DNA of 42,395 nt from Vicugna vicugna (GCA_013265495.1 PNXW01000496.1:1-42395); one strand, 5' to 3'; shown: positions 1 to 15,092, counted from the stretch's first letter. Notes: generated from the letters alone by a model not told the origin. Program-made: numbers and translations.

Positions 1-379
1 TTGTTTTATCAAATCCTGGCTCTCCCAATATCCTTGTACAAATATATTTGAACACTTGTTCTATTCTTTTTTCCATCTCTTTTGGCTACATTATTAGAAG
101 TGGGTGCACTGGGTCAAGGAACTTGCACTTTTAATGTTTTCTTTTCTTTTAAATTAAAGAATCCAAAATGTCATTATGTAAATTTGCATTATTTTACATT
201 TCCACCATAAGGGCGTGAGAATGCCTGTATCCTCATACGATGGGCAATATAGAGCAGCAGCAAAATTTAATCTTCTCCTTAAGCTACCTGACGAAATACG
301 GTTTATCACTATTGTTTTCATTAGCTGCTTAGCACTGAAAAGCTCAGCGACCCTCTGAGGGACCCACCTGCCCAACTCA

Positions 380-1060
380 AGGGAGCCCCCCCCCCCGCGC
401 CTCTGCGCCGTCCGCGCCCGCCTGGGGAGCACGCCGGCCGCCGCGCGCCCCCCTCCTCTGGGCCTAATCGGGTTCCCAGGCGCAGTGCGCACGCGCGCGC
501 TTCGCCGCAGGGGTCCAGCTTTGTGCCTGATCGCTGTCTCCACGGCCGCGTCCGGGGGCAGCTTTGAACCCGGGCTGGTCTTCGGGGAAGAGCAGCGTGT
601 CCCCCGGACCCAGCGCGCCTCTGGGCCTCAGCGGCGAGAGGGCCCGGGGGGAGGGCCTGCGGGTGTCGGGCGGCGCGTCGGGCAGCCCACGCGGGCGGGG
701 CGGGCCCGCCGCTCGGGCCTGGGCGTCGGTCGCCGGTGGGGCCGGAGCCCGGCGCGGAGCCCCTGGCAGGACAGGTAGGGAGGCGGCGACGCTGGCAACC
801 GTCTCCTCCCCACCCCGTGTCGGCGAGGCTCCCGGCGGTGCACTGGGGGCTCGGCGCGCGGCGGGGCGCGGCCGGGAGCCGGGGCCGCGGGGCGGGGGCG
901 GCGGGGGTGGGCGCCCGCCGGGGTCTGGGCCGGTCCCACCCGCCCGAGCTCCCTAGCCTGGCGGTGTTCTCCCGGGGTCAGAGTGCTTGTGCCTCCAGTT
1001 CTTCCGAAACTGCCAGGGTTCCTCTCCATTCGTGGGAGCGTCCGAGGCACCCCTGAACCC
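380..1060. promoter_or_regulatory. CpG island / probable promoter with NRF1-like GCGC motif (~480-500)
   Basis: Very GC- and CpG-rich stretch containing GCGCAGTGCGCACGCGCGCGC and GC boxes. Candidate first-exon donors on both strands: minus CAG|GTGGGT at 368/367, plus CAG|GTAGGG at 774/775. Confidence 0.75.
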
Positions 1061-1789
1061 ATTTCGAGCTACAGGTTTCCTGTGGGGCACATGGTTGAGA
1101 GGTTGTGTCAAAGGGAAAACAAAGAAAACAGCGCAAATGGAGGATTCAAGCTTGGGGGCCTGGATGTGCGTTTAGTGTGTCTGTTTCCCACTCACTCCTG
1201 GGACCCGCCTTAACCTGGAAGGATGACCCTTGGGAAGTCGTCTTGCGCGTCCCCCAACGAAATCACTCAGACGAGGAACTCTGCTGTTGTTATAGAGGCG
1301 GTGATGTGGAAACTTGTCTTCATTTTTACAGTAAGCAGAGCAGCACGCCCATATTGACAAGTTACGAATGCAATGTGCTTAAGGTCCTGAGAGTCGAGGA
1401 GCTCTGAGGTGGAGATTGACACTCTTTACCTGACGCACTGCCAAAGCCCAAGCCACGGGACGTTAAGGATAGTAGTTAACGGTAACTGTTTTCAAAAGGC
1501 GTTTTGTGCTCAAATATGTTTAGAAACTTCATGGTTATGGTTTTCTCTACCATAGAATGTTTCAGTTTTCAATATGCTAATGATATTTACCTTGAACTTC
1601 CCACTGGAAGTAAATAGTATGGAGAGTTTCCCAGATTTGAATGGAAAATACTGTTTTTCTTGGGCATTGCTTCTGTTTAACATATGAAACCGTTTGGGAA
1701 ATGGAGTTCCACCATCGGAAACTCAGGGTTTGGAAGGGTGTAGTGTAGGTCAGTGCTTTTTGAACTTTAGTGGCGCATGCATATGCCTG

Positions 1790-1993
1790 AGCTAGCCTGC
1801 TGGAAAATGAGAACGCCTGGACACCCTGCCACTTAGCCAACCGGACAACATGTGAAAAGGCTGAGACCAAAGGGGCTGCCCAGCCCAGCTCAGCCTAAGC
1901 TGCTGACCCACAGACTCATGCGCTAAAAAGAGTTTATTATTAATTTTTGGTTGTATTTTAGGCAACATTCTCGTGGCACTAGATAAATGAAAC
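1790..1993 (+). mobile_element. MaLR (MLT1-type) LTR 3' fragment
   Basis: cccagctcagcctaagctgctgacccacagactcatg...gtggcactagataaatgaaaca resembles the MLT1 3' end. It overlaps a minus-strand AATAAA (1933-1938) that may serve NAT8. Confidence 0.55.
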
Positions 1994-2158
1994 AGTAGCA
2001 ACCCCGAAAAAGACTGAATAGAGCAGAGCCATTATATCCACCAACGCCGTCGGGTTTCCAAAGCGATTAGGTTTTTCTGTGCTGTCACCGTGAGACTTCC
2101 GGGTTTGCACGTTACTGCAGCGGAGCCAGTCCTTCCTGACTGATCCACAGGGAACAGA

Positions 2159-2863
2159 TCACAGGCCCCCTGCCTGCCCCAGTGCCTCAGAGACCTGAGC
2201 AGAGGGGAGGCGGTAGGTAAACTGGATGGAAGGGAGAGCGACTAGCCTGTACATCATGGAGAAGAAGAACTGGCCCGTCTTCTGGAAGCCCATGCGCTGG
2301 TAGAGGGCCAGGGCGGAGTACTGCAGCGCACTGGTGCTGAGGACCACTTCACGGTAGCCCTGGTCCCGTGCGAACTGCAGGACCGCCCTGACCAGTGCTT
2401 TCGCGATCCCCTGGCCGCGGTGCTCCGAGGCCACACTCAGGTGAAGCAGCTCCAACTGCTCCTTTCGCACGGCGTGCTTCTTGACAGGCAGTGCTCCCAC
2501 CATGCCCACCACCTGCCCCTCGGACTCCGCCACCCAGAAGCAGGAGCCACTCTCACTGAAGTAGGATTCGCTGATGTCAGACATGTCGGTGTGCAAAGAC
2601 ATGACTTTAAACTGGATCCAAGGGTATTTGGCAAGGAACCTCAGGGCAGCTAGGAGGCCGAGGCTGGCCACGAGGGCCAGGACCCAGGAGCCAGAGACCA
2701 CGAACAGGGCGAAGGGCCCTCCAAGCAAGAGCACAAGGGTACGGGGCAGCTTCAGGATGTGGCGGAAGGCGGTGGGGATGTGCTCAGTCATCCCTTCGGA
2801 GAACAAGGCCACGACCCATTTGCGGTCACTTTCCCTGTATTTGCGGATGTGGTAAGGAGCCAT
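2159..2863 (-). CDS. NAT8: N-acetyltransferase 8 (NAT8/NAT8B/Camello family), 234 aa, single coding exon
   Basis: Starts MAPYHIRKYRESDRKWVV (ATG 2863), followed by a hydrophobic membrane segment, CFWVAESEGQVVGMVGALPV and the GNAT acetyl-CoA motif HRGQGIAKALV. Stop TGA 2159-2161; pyrimidine-tract acceptor with exon start at 2935. The paralog assignment is uncertain. Confidence 0.93.
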   Translation of the reverse strand: MAPYHIRKYRESDRKWVVALFSEGMTEHIPTAFRHILKLPRTLVLLLGGPFALFVVSGSWVLALVASLGLLAALRFLAKYPWIQFKVMSLHTDMSDISESYFSESGSCFWVAESEGQVVGMVGALPVKKHAVRKEQLELLHLSVASEHRGQGIAKALVRAVLQFARDQGYREVVLSTSALQYSALALYQRMGFQKTGQFFFSMMYRLVALPSIQFTYRLPSAQVSEALGQAGGL

Positions 2864-3507
2864 GGGAGGCTTCTGTGTCTGAATCTCGAAGTTCAGGAGG
2901 AGAGCCAGGCTTCCCTGTACACCTTCCCAGCAGCCCTGGGGGAGAGAGAGGAAGCCAGGTGAGTGGCCCCATCCTCCCGCCTCCCAGGAGTGGGCAGCTC
3001 TGCTCAAGGATGTGTCTTTCTGCTTCTACCCAAGAGAATGTGGCCACAGCCACTGGCAGAAGGCGTCGGGTCAGAGAGACCTGTGTTTGATGCCGGCTCC
3101 GCGCGCAACCTTGGGTGTGTTACGTAATCCCTCTGAGACCCACCTTCTGAAGTGAGGATTTAATAAAATAACATGTATAAGCTCTGGCTATAAGGCCTCC
3201 TCCCCTCCCCTCTCTCTCTTTTTGCTCGCTCTCCTCTCAGCTTCTCCACACATGGGGGTGGCAGCATGCTGCAGCCAAGCCTGTCCCCCGCCCTTTGGTC
3301 CCTCTCCCAGGGACCGCACACTGCAAGACTCCTGTGTGCCAAACGCAAGTTTCAGCAAAGGCTCCTTCCCCCTCGATGGCAAATTTTTAGGCTGTTGAGG
3401 TGGCATAAGAGCCAAACACCAAAAATGGCCCAGCCTTGAGAGCCAGAGGAGGGTCTGGAGCTCCAGGCCACACTCAGAGCACTGTCCTTCCACCCGCGTC
3501 CTCTCAC

Positions 3508-3600
3508 CTGCACAAGAGCCTTGAGTGTCCGGGGCAGCCTCAGCCTGGCCTCTGTCCTCAGCCTCCGACTGGCATCCAAGAGAGAGTGTGCAGAGCCCGC
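3508..3600 (-). other. NAT8: Probable non-coding exon 1 of NAT8 (5' end approximate)
   Basis: Minus-strand donor CAG|GTGAGA at 3508/3507, just downstream of CCAAT and HNF1 motifs; pairs with the acceptor at 2935. Confidence 0.6.
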
Positions 3601-3636
3601 TCCACTTCTGGGGATCAGGGCCTGGAGGGCCACCCC

Positions 3637-3670
3637 ATTGGCTGGCTCTGGACGTTTGTTAATCATAAAC
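3637..3670 (-). promoter_or_regulatory. NAT8 proximal promoter: CCAAT box (3637-3641) and HNF1 site (3658-3670)
   Basis: GTTAATCATAAAC is one mismatch from the HNF1 consensus GTTAATNATTAAC; ATTGG reads CCAAT on minus. Fits the known kidney/liver expression of NAT8. Confidence 0.65.
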
Positions 3671-5459
3671 CCCAGGATGAAGGAGCCAGGCTATGATAGC
3701 CCAGGCAGCCAGTTCTCCATTCTCTGATCACTGGGGGATTAGCCTGGAGTGAGGGCCACAGGGTCTGGGACCGCTCATGGGTCCTCACGCTTGTGGACGG
3801 CCGACACTCCCCTGCCGTGGCAGCTCACCTGGCGCCTTGGTGCGCTCTGCTGTCCACCTCGGCCCCTCCGCACCGCTGCTGTGGACCTAGGGAATGCTCC
3901 TCACCCCCTGTGCTCTATCATCACAGGCTGGAGTCCAAGTCCTCAGCCTCAGCACACAAGGTCCTTCACAGCAGGGCAAGGACGGCAGGGGCCTGGCCAT
4001 GCAGGGCCTATCATCAGGTTAAGGAGTTTGGAGTCTCTTCCAGGAGCAGCAGGAGGCCACTGCTGTGCTTTTAGCTGAGGAGAACAGTAACCAGAGACGG
4101 GGGTGCGTGTGTGTGGTTCATGTGTGTTACTCTACCTGCACGTGCAGAATGGTTTGGAGGAGGTGGAAATGGAAGCATATAGCCCCCGCCCCCCAGAGGC
4201 TAGTGCAGCAATCCAGGCAAAAGAAGGGCCTCTAGGTACAGATGTGCAGGTTGCTCACTGCGCAAGAACACCTTGCCAAGGAGGGCAAGTGGGGACTAGA
4301 ATCAAGCCTGCTCTGCTCACCAGACCACGAGCTCTGGCACAGAGCTGAGTCTGGCCAAAGAAAAAGTCACCTTTTTCTTACTTGCTCAAAGGCATTGCTG
4401 CCCCCTGAACTGTGCGTCCGATTAGGTTGTGTCTGTGTGAAGGAGGGTTGCCTTGTTCTGTGTTCACAAAGAGCCATGTAGGCCAGCAGCAGTTAGGAGA
4501 GAAGTCAGTGGCTTGGGTGTGACCTGGCCTGCTTGGAGGTACATTTTAGGGGCAGAAATGGCAGGAGTTAGTGACGATCCAAGGATGAAGGACGGGTCAG
4601 CAATGGCAGCCAGGTTTCTGGCAGGAGCGTCTAGGAGGACACTGGGGAGAGACCAGGCTAGGAGAGAAAGATCATGACGGCCTCAAAGGTGTCATCCTGG
4701 CAGCTGGAATCCAGGGCTGGTGGCCGAAGGCTGCCGGAGCTCCAGATCTTTGGCACCCAGCAAGGCCACAAAAGTTTACCAACCCGGGTGCTAAACCATG
4801 GGTGTGTTACATCCTTTTCAGTACACTTTTAACATTTTTCTTTAAATATTTCAATGGTAAGCAAAATGTGAACTAGGACTCCAAAGTGCAGTCGAGTATC
4901 CTTAATGAGTCTCTCTAATATTAACTAGTCAGAAACCAAATGGTCAAGCTGAGGGGCCAGAGGTCTGTGATCTGTCCCTGCCCTCTCTTTCCTGTATTCT
5001 CACCCGGCTTCTGTGGGTCCCTCAACACCCATGGCCTGGGTGTACCTTCAGGCCTTTCAGCTTTGCTCATAGTCTTGAACAATGATGACCAGGATTTACT
5101 GACATGGAAAAACAGTTGTCAAAAGAGAGCACCAAGCTGTGAAATGTTATAAAATAGTATGTTTTCATTCATTTTTTGGAAAAACATAACAAAAGTAACT
5201 TATACCCAGCAGTATGCCGAGAGAAGGTCTGAATGGTTAGACCAGACGTCAGCAGCGGTCTCTCCGGATGGAGGATCTGTGGGTGATTCTGTGTAAGAGG
5301 TGAAGTCTGGAAGTCTCAGCCCAGGCTCGTGGCCCTGCTTTCAGATGATGAACCTGAGGCTTGGGGATCTGCCTGTCTCTGCCTCAGCCAGCTCTTGAGA
5401 GTCTAAAGAGACCCCACTAAGATTGGGCTCTCCTACAGTTAAGGCAGGTGTGTTATTTT

Positions 5460-6965
5460 ATTCTATTATTTTATTTTTAATTAACTATTTAAATGTGTAC
5501 AATTCAGTGGCATTTAGTACATTCACAATGTTGTGTAACCACCACTTCTATCTATATAAAGCATTTTCATCACCCCTTAGGCAGCAGGCAGGCAGTCCCT
5601 ATTTCCCCCTCCCCTGAGCCCCGGGCAGCCTGCCTTCTGTCTCTGTGCACTGCCTGTTCTGGTTGTTTCATTTAAACGGAGCCATGCAGCATGGGAGCTT
5701 TTACTTTCAGCTTCGTTCACTTCCATTTTCAAGGTTCACCCATGTTCTGCCATGTGTCAGTACTGCGTTGCTGTTTCTTTGTAACACCTTTATTGTGGTA
5801 TGATTCCTGCACAGTAAACCACACATATTTCAGAGGTACAGTTTGATGAAGTTTGATAGATGTGTACACCCATGAAGCCACCACCACAATCAAGACAGCT
5901 AACATTTCCATCACTCCCCAAGAGGTGCAGTTTTCAAACTCCTGATTTATCCCTTTCCACCCCCTTTATCTCCTGGTAACCATGACTTTGTTCTCTATGC
6001 TTCTAAGTCTGTTTCTGTTTTGCAGATAATTTCAGTAGTGTCCTTTTTTTTAGATCCCATATATAGGTGATACCATACGGTATTTTCCCTTCTGTTTCTG
6101 GCTTACTTCACTTAGAATGACAGTCTCCAGGTCCGCCCACGTTGCTGCAAATGGCATTATTTTATTCTTTTTTTATGACTGAGTAGTATTCCAGTCTCCC
6201 TCTCCCTCTCTCCCTCTCTCTCTCTATATATAGATATAGATATATATATAGATATAGATACACATACACCACATCTTCTTTATCCAGTTATCTGTCGATG
6301 GACATTTGGGTTGTTTCCCTGTCTTAGCTATTTTAAATAGTGCTGCTGTGAACACTGGGGTACATATGTCTTTTCACATTATATTTTTCTCCTGATATAT
6401 GCCCAGGAGTGAGAATGATGGATCATATGATAAGTTTATTTTTAGTTTTTTAGGGAACCTCCATACTGTCCTCCATTGTGGCTGCACCAATTTTCATTCC
6501 CACCAGCAGTGTAGGAGGGTTCCCTTTTCTCCACACCGTCTCCAGCATTTATCTGTCAACTTTTGAATGATTGCCATTCTGACTGTTGTGAGGTGATACC
6601 TCACTCTAGTTTTGATTTGCATTTCTATGATAATTAGTGATGTTGAGCATCTTTTCACGTGGTTGTTGGCCAAGTATTTCATTGCTTTTTATGGCTGCAT
6701 AATATTCTATTGTATGGATAGACCGCATTTGTTTATCCGTTCATTCACTGGACGTTTGAGTTGTTTCCACCTTTTGGCTGTTGTGAATAGTGCTGCTATG
6801 AACATTCTGTACAAGTGTTTCAACACCTGTTTTCAGTTCTTTCAGCATAGACCTAGGAGTGGAATTGCTGGGTCACATGGTCACTCTAACAGTCTGAGGA
6901 ACTGCCAAACTGTACTTTCACAGCAGCAGTTAGTCTTGTTTTATTATCTGCCTCAGCAGGTACGG
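5460..6965 (-). mobile_element. Nested LINE-1 3' fragments (older L1M interrupted by a younger L1 at ~5930-6672)
   Basis: ORF 6494-6682 resembles the L1 ORF2 C-terminus ([22 protein letters not shown]...[18 protein letters not shown]); typical L1 3'UTR sequence is present. Confidence 0.85.
6196..6268. repeat. Compound (TC)n/(TA)n/(TAGATA)n microsatellite inside L1
   Basis: tctccctctccctctc...tctctatatatagatatagatatatatatagatatagatacacatacac. Confidence 0.9.
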
Positions 6966-8367
6966 GTGTGACCTGAGCACTGTGCCTGGTGCACACAGAA
7001 CAAGAGACAGCTGTTAGTCACTGAGAAGTTAGATGCCTAACGCTGTGAGAAAGGGCTTTTCCTATGCTGTGCTATTTGATGTTCATGACAACCTAAGCAC
7101 TAAGGTTGATACTGATGTTTCTGTTTTACTGAGGCCCACAGACCTGAGCTAGCTCACCCAAGGCCCTATAGCACATGGCAGGGTGACCCAAGCCTTGGCA
7201 GCTCTGAGGCCAAGGCTCCAACATTCTGCTTTTTCCGTGCCACATGCTGACCCCAACAAGCAGGTGTCTGACAAGTGTGTGAGTGTGGATCCGTGTAAAG
7301 CACTGGATGCCAGGAGAACCAGCTTTCCCTGGTGGGAGGCAAGATTCACCTCCAAGCCTCATCACGCCCCTGTCATTGGTGGTCAGTGATCAGAAGTTGA
7401 CCAAATTCCAATACATGCCTAAGGCTCTGTTCTTTAAGATCCAACTGAATGCTACCTTCTCCATCAAGATCTCTGACCCCTCCCAACCAGATGGATCTTG
7501 TATCTGCTCCCTCTTTTGAAGCCTTTGCACTTCTCATTAAGCACTTATATTGCTATTAGTTACTTGCTTGCCAACATATCATAGTTAATTACTAGCTAAC
7601 TTATTAAAGTTAATTAGATTAGACATCAACAGTTACAAGCATGCTGGTAGATTTATTTTTCTGTTGCCCATAGGAACCTGTTGTAATAGGTAATGACACT
7701 GTTGGCATCACTGCTATTCCCAGAGTTGTGGACTTGAGAGCAGCATGTCAGTGAAACCCCAGGCTTCGATTTATGAAGAACACTTGTCTGGTGGACCAGC
7801 CCAGCCCAGAGAGGGGCCAGTGAGATGGAACGCACCCAGGCGGCACCGTGGTTTGGAAATCTCAGAAAGAGGAGGAAAATGTCCTGGACAGAACATCTCC
7901 CCTGACCTCTCATCAGGGCTCCCTATAGCCAGCCTCAGGTCAGTGCCCTGGGCTTCCACGGAGAACTCGTAACTTAAAGGAGATGAGTGAGGGGAAATAA
8001 GAAAATTATTTCAAGGGGAAGGAAAGTGGACTGACAGGTCATTCTTGGCAAGATGTTCAGAAATCCTAGGACAATGATTCCAGCTCTACAGAAATCTTTC
8101 TAGTCTAACTGAACCTTTTAACACATTCTCTGAGAAAGGGAGACGGTATTGGGTCCCAACTCTCAAATTAGGGTAACTCGAGCTGATTTTATAGATACAG
8201 CTCATTAAAGGGACTAATTATGAAGGTGTGGGTGGGTAGAGGGGAACCAGGCACATTATTGCTCAGAGGGCTGAAGCGGGATGGGAGAGGTGACAGGAAC
8301 CTGACCCAGGTGTTTAGCAGCGCAGAGTGTCCTGGGAGGTCCAGGGCCAAAGCCAGCCTAGGGGACC

Positions 8368-10390
<2,023 letters not shown>

Positions 10391-10599
10391 TTTGGGTTTA
10401 ATCTAGTTAATAACAGTATCTGTTTCATATGATGCTGTGAGAATTAAATGAATTCTTGCACGTAAAAACTTGGAACCAGGAGACTTGGAAGGGCAATACT
10501 GGGGTAGCCAGAAGTACAGGAATATGAACAGGTGGATATAAAGTTATTAAGACAGGAACCTAGAATATTGTAGATATCCAATAGATTTTTATCTTTTTA

Positions 10600-11445
10600 A
10601 GTTGAATTTTATCTTTTTAGTTGACTGTAGTTTAGTTTCTGGTGTGCAGCAAAGTGATTCAGCTATACATTTACATACATACTCTTTTCCACTGTGGTTC
10701 ATTACAGGATATTGAATATAGTTCCCTGTGTGATACAGTAGGACCTTGTTGTTTGTTTTGTATATAGTAGTTTGTATTTGCTAATCCCAAACTTCTAATT
10801 TATCCCCCTACCCCCTTAGTAATCGTAAATTTGTTTTCTATGTCTATGACTCTACTTCTGTTTTGTAAATAGTTCATTTGTGTCATATTTTAGATTCCAC
10901 ATATAAGAGATGTCATATGGTATCTATCTTTCTCTTTCTGACTTACTTCACTTAGTATGAGAATCTCTTGGTCCACCCATGTTGCTGCAAATGGCATTAT
11001 CTCATTCTTTTTTATGGCTGAGTAGTACTCCGTTGTGTACACACATACCACAACTTCTTTATCCAGTCATCTGGCGATGAATATTTAGGTTGCTTTCATG
11101 TCTTGGCTATTGTAAATAGTGCTGCTGTGAACACTAGGGTACATGGTGTCTTTTTGAATGAGAGTTTTCTCCAGATACGCACCCAGGAGTGGGATTGCTG
11201 GATCATATGGTAACTCTATTTTTAGTTTTTTAAGAAACCTCCGTACTATTCTCAATACTGGCTGCACCAATTTATATTTACACTAACACTGTCGAAGGGT
11301 TCCCTTTTTTTCCCCCACCCTCTCCAGCATTTGTTTTTTGTAGACTTTTAAATGATGGCCCTTCTGACTGATATGAGGTGGTACTTCAGTGTAGTTTTGA
11401 TTTCCATTTTGCTAGTAATTAGAGATGCTGAGCCTATTTTGTGTC
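10600..11445 (-). mobile_element. LINE-1 3' fragment
   Basis: Peptide [20 protein letters not shown] (11085-11270) plus L1 3'UTR and T-rich tail. Confidence 0.9.
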
Positions 11446-11644
11446 TGTTGCCCTTATGTGACATCCAGTAAATGTTTGCAGCCATTCCAATTAGATAAAA
11501 ATAAAATATATTTGAACAGAAATTGAAGACTAGAAGACGGTGACAAATAATAGTAACAGTGGTTATCTTTAGAATATTAAGAGGCAGGAGTGGGAGTGGT
11601 TTTTCTCCTTTGTTACCATTCTGTGATTTAAAATTATCTACAAC

Positions 11645-12892
11645 GTGGACTGCAGCATGTAAATCAATGAAATTAGAACACTCCCTCACACCATACACAA
11701 AAATAAACTCAAAATAGCTTAAAGACGTAAACATAAGACACTATAAACCTCTTAGAAAGAAACATAGGCAAAACATTATCTGATATCAATCTTAGCAGTG
11801 TTCTCCTAGGGCAGCCTACCCAGGCAACAGAAAACAAAAGCAAAAATAAACAAATGGGACCTAAGTAAACTTAAAAGCTTTTGGACAGCAAAGGAAACCA
11901 TAAGGAAAACAGACAGACAGTCTACAGAATGGGAGAAACCATTTGCAGACAATGAGACTGACAAGGGCTTAATTTCCAGAATATACAAAGTTGTATTTCC
12001 AGCTCATACAGCTCAGTAACAACAACAAAAAAACAAGCAGCCCAGTCCAAAAATGGGCAGAAGACCTAAACAACCACTTCTCCAGTGAATACATACAAAT
12101 GGCCAATAGGCACATGAAAAAATGCTCAGTATCGCTAATTATCAGAGAAACACAAATCAAAACTACAGTGAGGTATCACCTCACACCAGTCAGAGTGGCC
12201 ATCATTCAAAAGTCCACTAATGATAAATGCTGGAGAGGCTGTGGAGAACAGGGAACCTTCCTACACTGTTGAGAATATAGTTTGGTGCAGCTGTTCTAGA
12301 AAACAGTATGGAGATTCCTTAAAAGACTAAAAATAGACTTACCGTATGATCCAGCAATCCCACTCCTGGGCATATATCTAGAAGGAACTTTAATTTGAAA
12401 AGATACATGCACCCCAATGTTTCTAGCAGCATTATTGAAACATAAAAAAGCATTTGCAACAACATGGATGGGCCTGGAGATTGTCATTCTAAGTGAAGTA
12501 AGCCAGAGAGAGAAGGAAAAATACCACATGATATAACTTATATGTGGAATCTTAAAAAAAAAAAAGACGACACAAATGAACTCATTTACAAAACAGAGAC
12601 AGACTAACAGACACAGAAAACAAACTTATGATTACCAGTGGGGAGAGTGGGTGGGGAAGGATAAATTGGGAGCCTGGGATTTGCAGATACTAACTACTAT
12701 ATATAAAATATATAAACAGCAAGGTCCTACTGTATAGCACAGGGAACTATTTTCAACATCTTGTAATAACCTATAATGAAAATGAATATATATTTATATG
12801 TAACTGAATCACTATGCTGTACACCAGATATTAACACAATGTTGTAAACTGAATATACTTAAGTTAAAAAAAGATACATATAATAAATAAAT
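11645..12892 (+). mobile_element. 5'-truncated LINE-1 with A-rich tail and degenerate TSD
   Basis: ORF2 C-terminal peptide ([28 protein letters not shown]), 3'UTR and A-rich tail. TSD aaaattatctacaac (11630-11644) vs aaaaatgtctgcaac (12893-12907), 12/15 identical, at a TT/AAAA site. Confidence 0.9.
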
Positions 12893-12985
12893 AAAAATGT
12901 CTGCAACAAACATAATAAATGTTATAATCTGGAAAAAATAACCAATGTTTTTAATAAATGCTGAAAACCATTAATATTTTTCATT

Positions 12986-13072
12986 TCATAAAACATCTTT
13001 TGTTGACATTCTACAAATGACACCATCCAGTAATGTCCCAATACTTTCTTCTTGTGAAGATAGTTTATATAT
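12986..13072 (-). CDS. TPRKB: TPRKB (CGI-121, KEOPS subunit) last coding exon
   Basis: [30 protein letters not shown] acceptor at 13073-13074; TGA 12986-12988; ATTAAA at 12950-12955 (minus). Confidence 0.96.
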   Translation of the reverse strand: MYKLSSQEESIGTLLDGVICRMSTKDVL

Positions 13073-13603
13073 CTGTAAAAATAAAAGACAGATGACATGC
13101 TGAAATATTCATGCACTACTAATTTTCATTATACAAACATGTATATGTGGAATATTTATTACCCAATTATTGGGATAATCATGTGAAATCACAATGTGAT
13201 TAAAGTATACAAAGTAGATGGCAACTGGTCACTTATGTCAAATGTTCCCTTTTAACTGCAGTTACGGTGATACCTATAAACACAGAGGCAAATCTGTACC
13301 AATTTTAAAAGCATACGTTTAGTCATAAATTTCATACTGTAGTTATTTTACATGTCAAACATAGTACGTAAGCTTGATATTTAAAGTTATCTATTCTTTT
13401 TAAAAGAATGTGTTTATCAGCTAAATTTCTAATTTATCTTACATAAAACCTGCATCTTCCAATTCTTTGCATCTATATTTTTCAAGTAATTTCAATTAAT
13501 GTTTCTTAAAAGCTAAGAAAAAAATAGAAGCACTGATGATCAATAAGCAAACAGTATTATTCCACATTTATCACGCTCTTTCTAAAAATGTGGATTCACA
13601 AAC

Positions 13604-13780
13604 CTTTTTCACTTCTGTAATATTTGTTATTTCAGGGAGATTTTCCAGAGAAACTTGATGACCTTCCACCTGAGATACTAGGTCTTCTTGATTTATTTGT
13701 TTTTCTCCCTCTTCAATATAAGTGATTAGAATTGAAGTGTCATTTGCCGAGATACCAAATTTCTTCAGAGCCTCTGAAAT
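13604..13780 (-). CDS. TPRKB: TPRKB coding exon (exon 4, 177 nt)
   Basis: [63 protein letters not shown] boundaries, phase 0. Confidence 0.96.
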
Positions 13781-15092
13781 CTAACAGAAAAAAAGAGAAA
13801 AGAAGAAAATTAAACACCAGTAGTTTCAACATCTGAAACATCTCTCCATTTGCACTCTTCCTGGTCAGATTCTTGTTTTTCATATCCTAACAGCCCTTTC
13901 CACCTGTAGTTTTTCCTCAACTGTTCCTTCCCAACATCCGCCAGCTCTGCCTCCAGAGCCCCCACTCACGGCAGCACCGCACTCCCGCGGGCCCGGCCGG
14001 GCTTCTCGCTGTGGAGCGCTAACACCGCCTCCCTTGGACCCAGGTGACCCCTGAGCTGCGTACTCCTGCCCTGCAGCCAGCCTGGGCTGTCTGGGGATCC
14101 TGTCATTTCATGCTTTTTGGCCTGTGCTCACACTTTGTCCTCTGCCTGGAGTGCCCTCATCTTTCAAGGTCCAGTTCAAATGTCACTCCCTTCCGCCTTC
14201 CTCCTTACAGAATGGACTGCTGCTTTGTCGCCACCATAGCTCTGCATTATCATTCCCATTACGTCAGTTATCTCAGGGCATTTAAACTTCTGCCTTGTTC
14301 ACCTGCCTTCCTCAGGAACGTATTTGTTTCTTCTGACCCTCAAACTGGGACAGGGACGAGCTCAACAGATGCTTATGAATCACACGGTCTCTTGGATTAT
14401 TTCCATGATCTCAAAGAAACAGTGTTTTATCTAGTAATTTCCCCCCAGGTACTAGGGGATAGTAGGACCATGCCTTTTACAAACATTTCAAACATCTGTA
14501 TTTTACACCATGCTGTGGGTTTCCTAGTTTTTCTCTTGACGATTTAGCAGTTGGTTATATTAATAGTAGTAGTAATATTAACACTTCATCAGCAAAATTA
14601 CAGCTTTTGGTGTTTTATTTACAAGCCCCAGGTGGAATGTTGTTAGCTCAGGAACTGATTACTAACAGTATCTCAAACCACAAACTCTTCCTACACACTG
14701 GCTGTGTGAGTGAGCCTGTGTTCAGGGGTGTTCCAGGCATCAGGCCTCTGGTATTCGGAAAAGACATGGATTCTACCTTTAAAGACTTTATCGGGAGAAT
14801 GAACCATGTACATGGTAACAGGCAAATACCCATGCCTGACTTTTATCGTTCAGATTTACATGCCACTTAGAGTGAGCTTCCTGACTATACGGTAAGAAGG
14901 ACAAACAAAACTACCTACACGTAATTTAGCTCAACTTTTGTTTACTCATATGTGAAGTGACTCCAAAGCTTATTTGTCTAGTAAGAGGCAGTGCTAAGCC
15001 TCAACTCTCCGTCCAGAGCTCTCTTCACTATTATTTTGGTTTGTTACTAAGAACAGGCTCCAACCCAATGCTGAGCAACACACAGGCGATCA

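Noticed and set aside
154..1062. Several 100-140 aa ORFs in the first CpG island
   Set aside because: Low-complexity Arg/Gly/Pro/Ala products expected from GC-rich DNA; no recognisable domain.
2864..3007. 48-aa N-terminal extension of NAT8 in the ORF track
   Set aside because: Non-ATG start and it crosses the splice acceptor at 2935; the family start is MAPYHIRKY at 2863.
13940..14547. GC-rich patch and 167-aa ORF in TPRKB intron 3
   Set aside because: No recognisable protein; much of it resembles degraded L2 sequence; no convincing splice-site pair.
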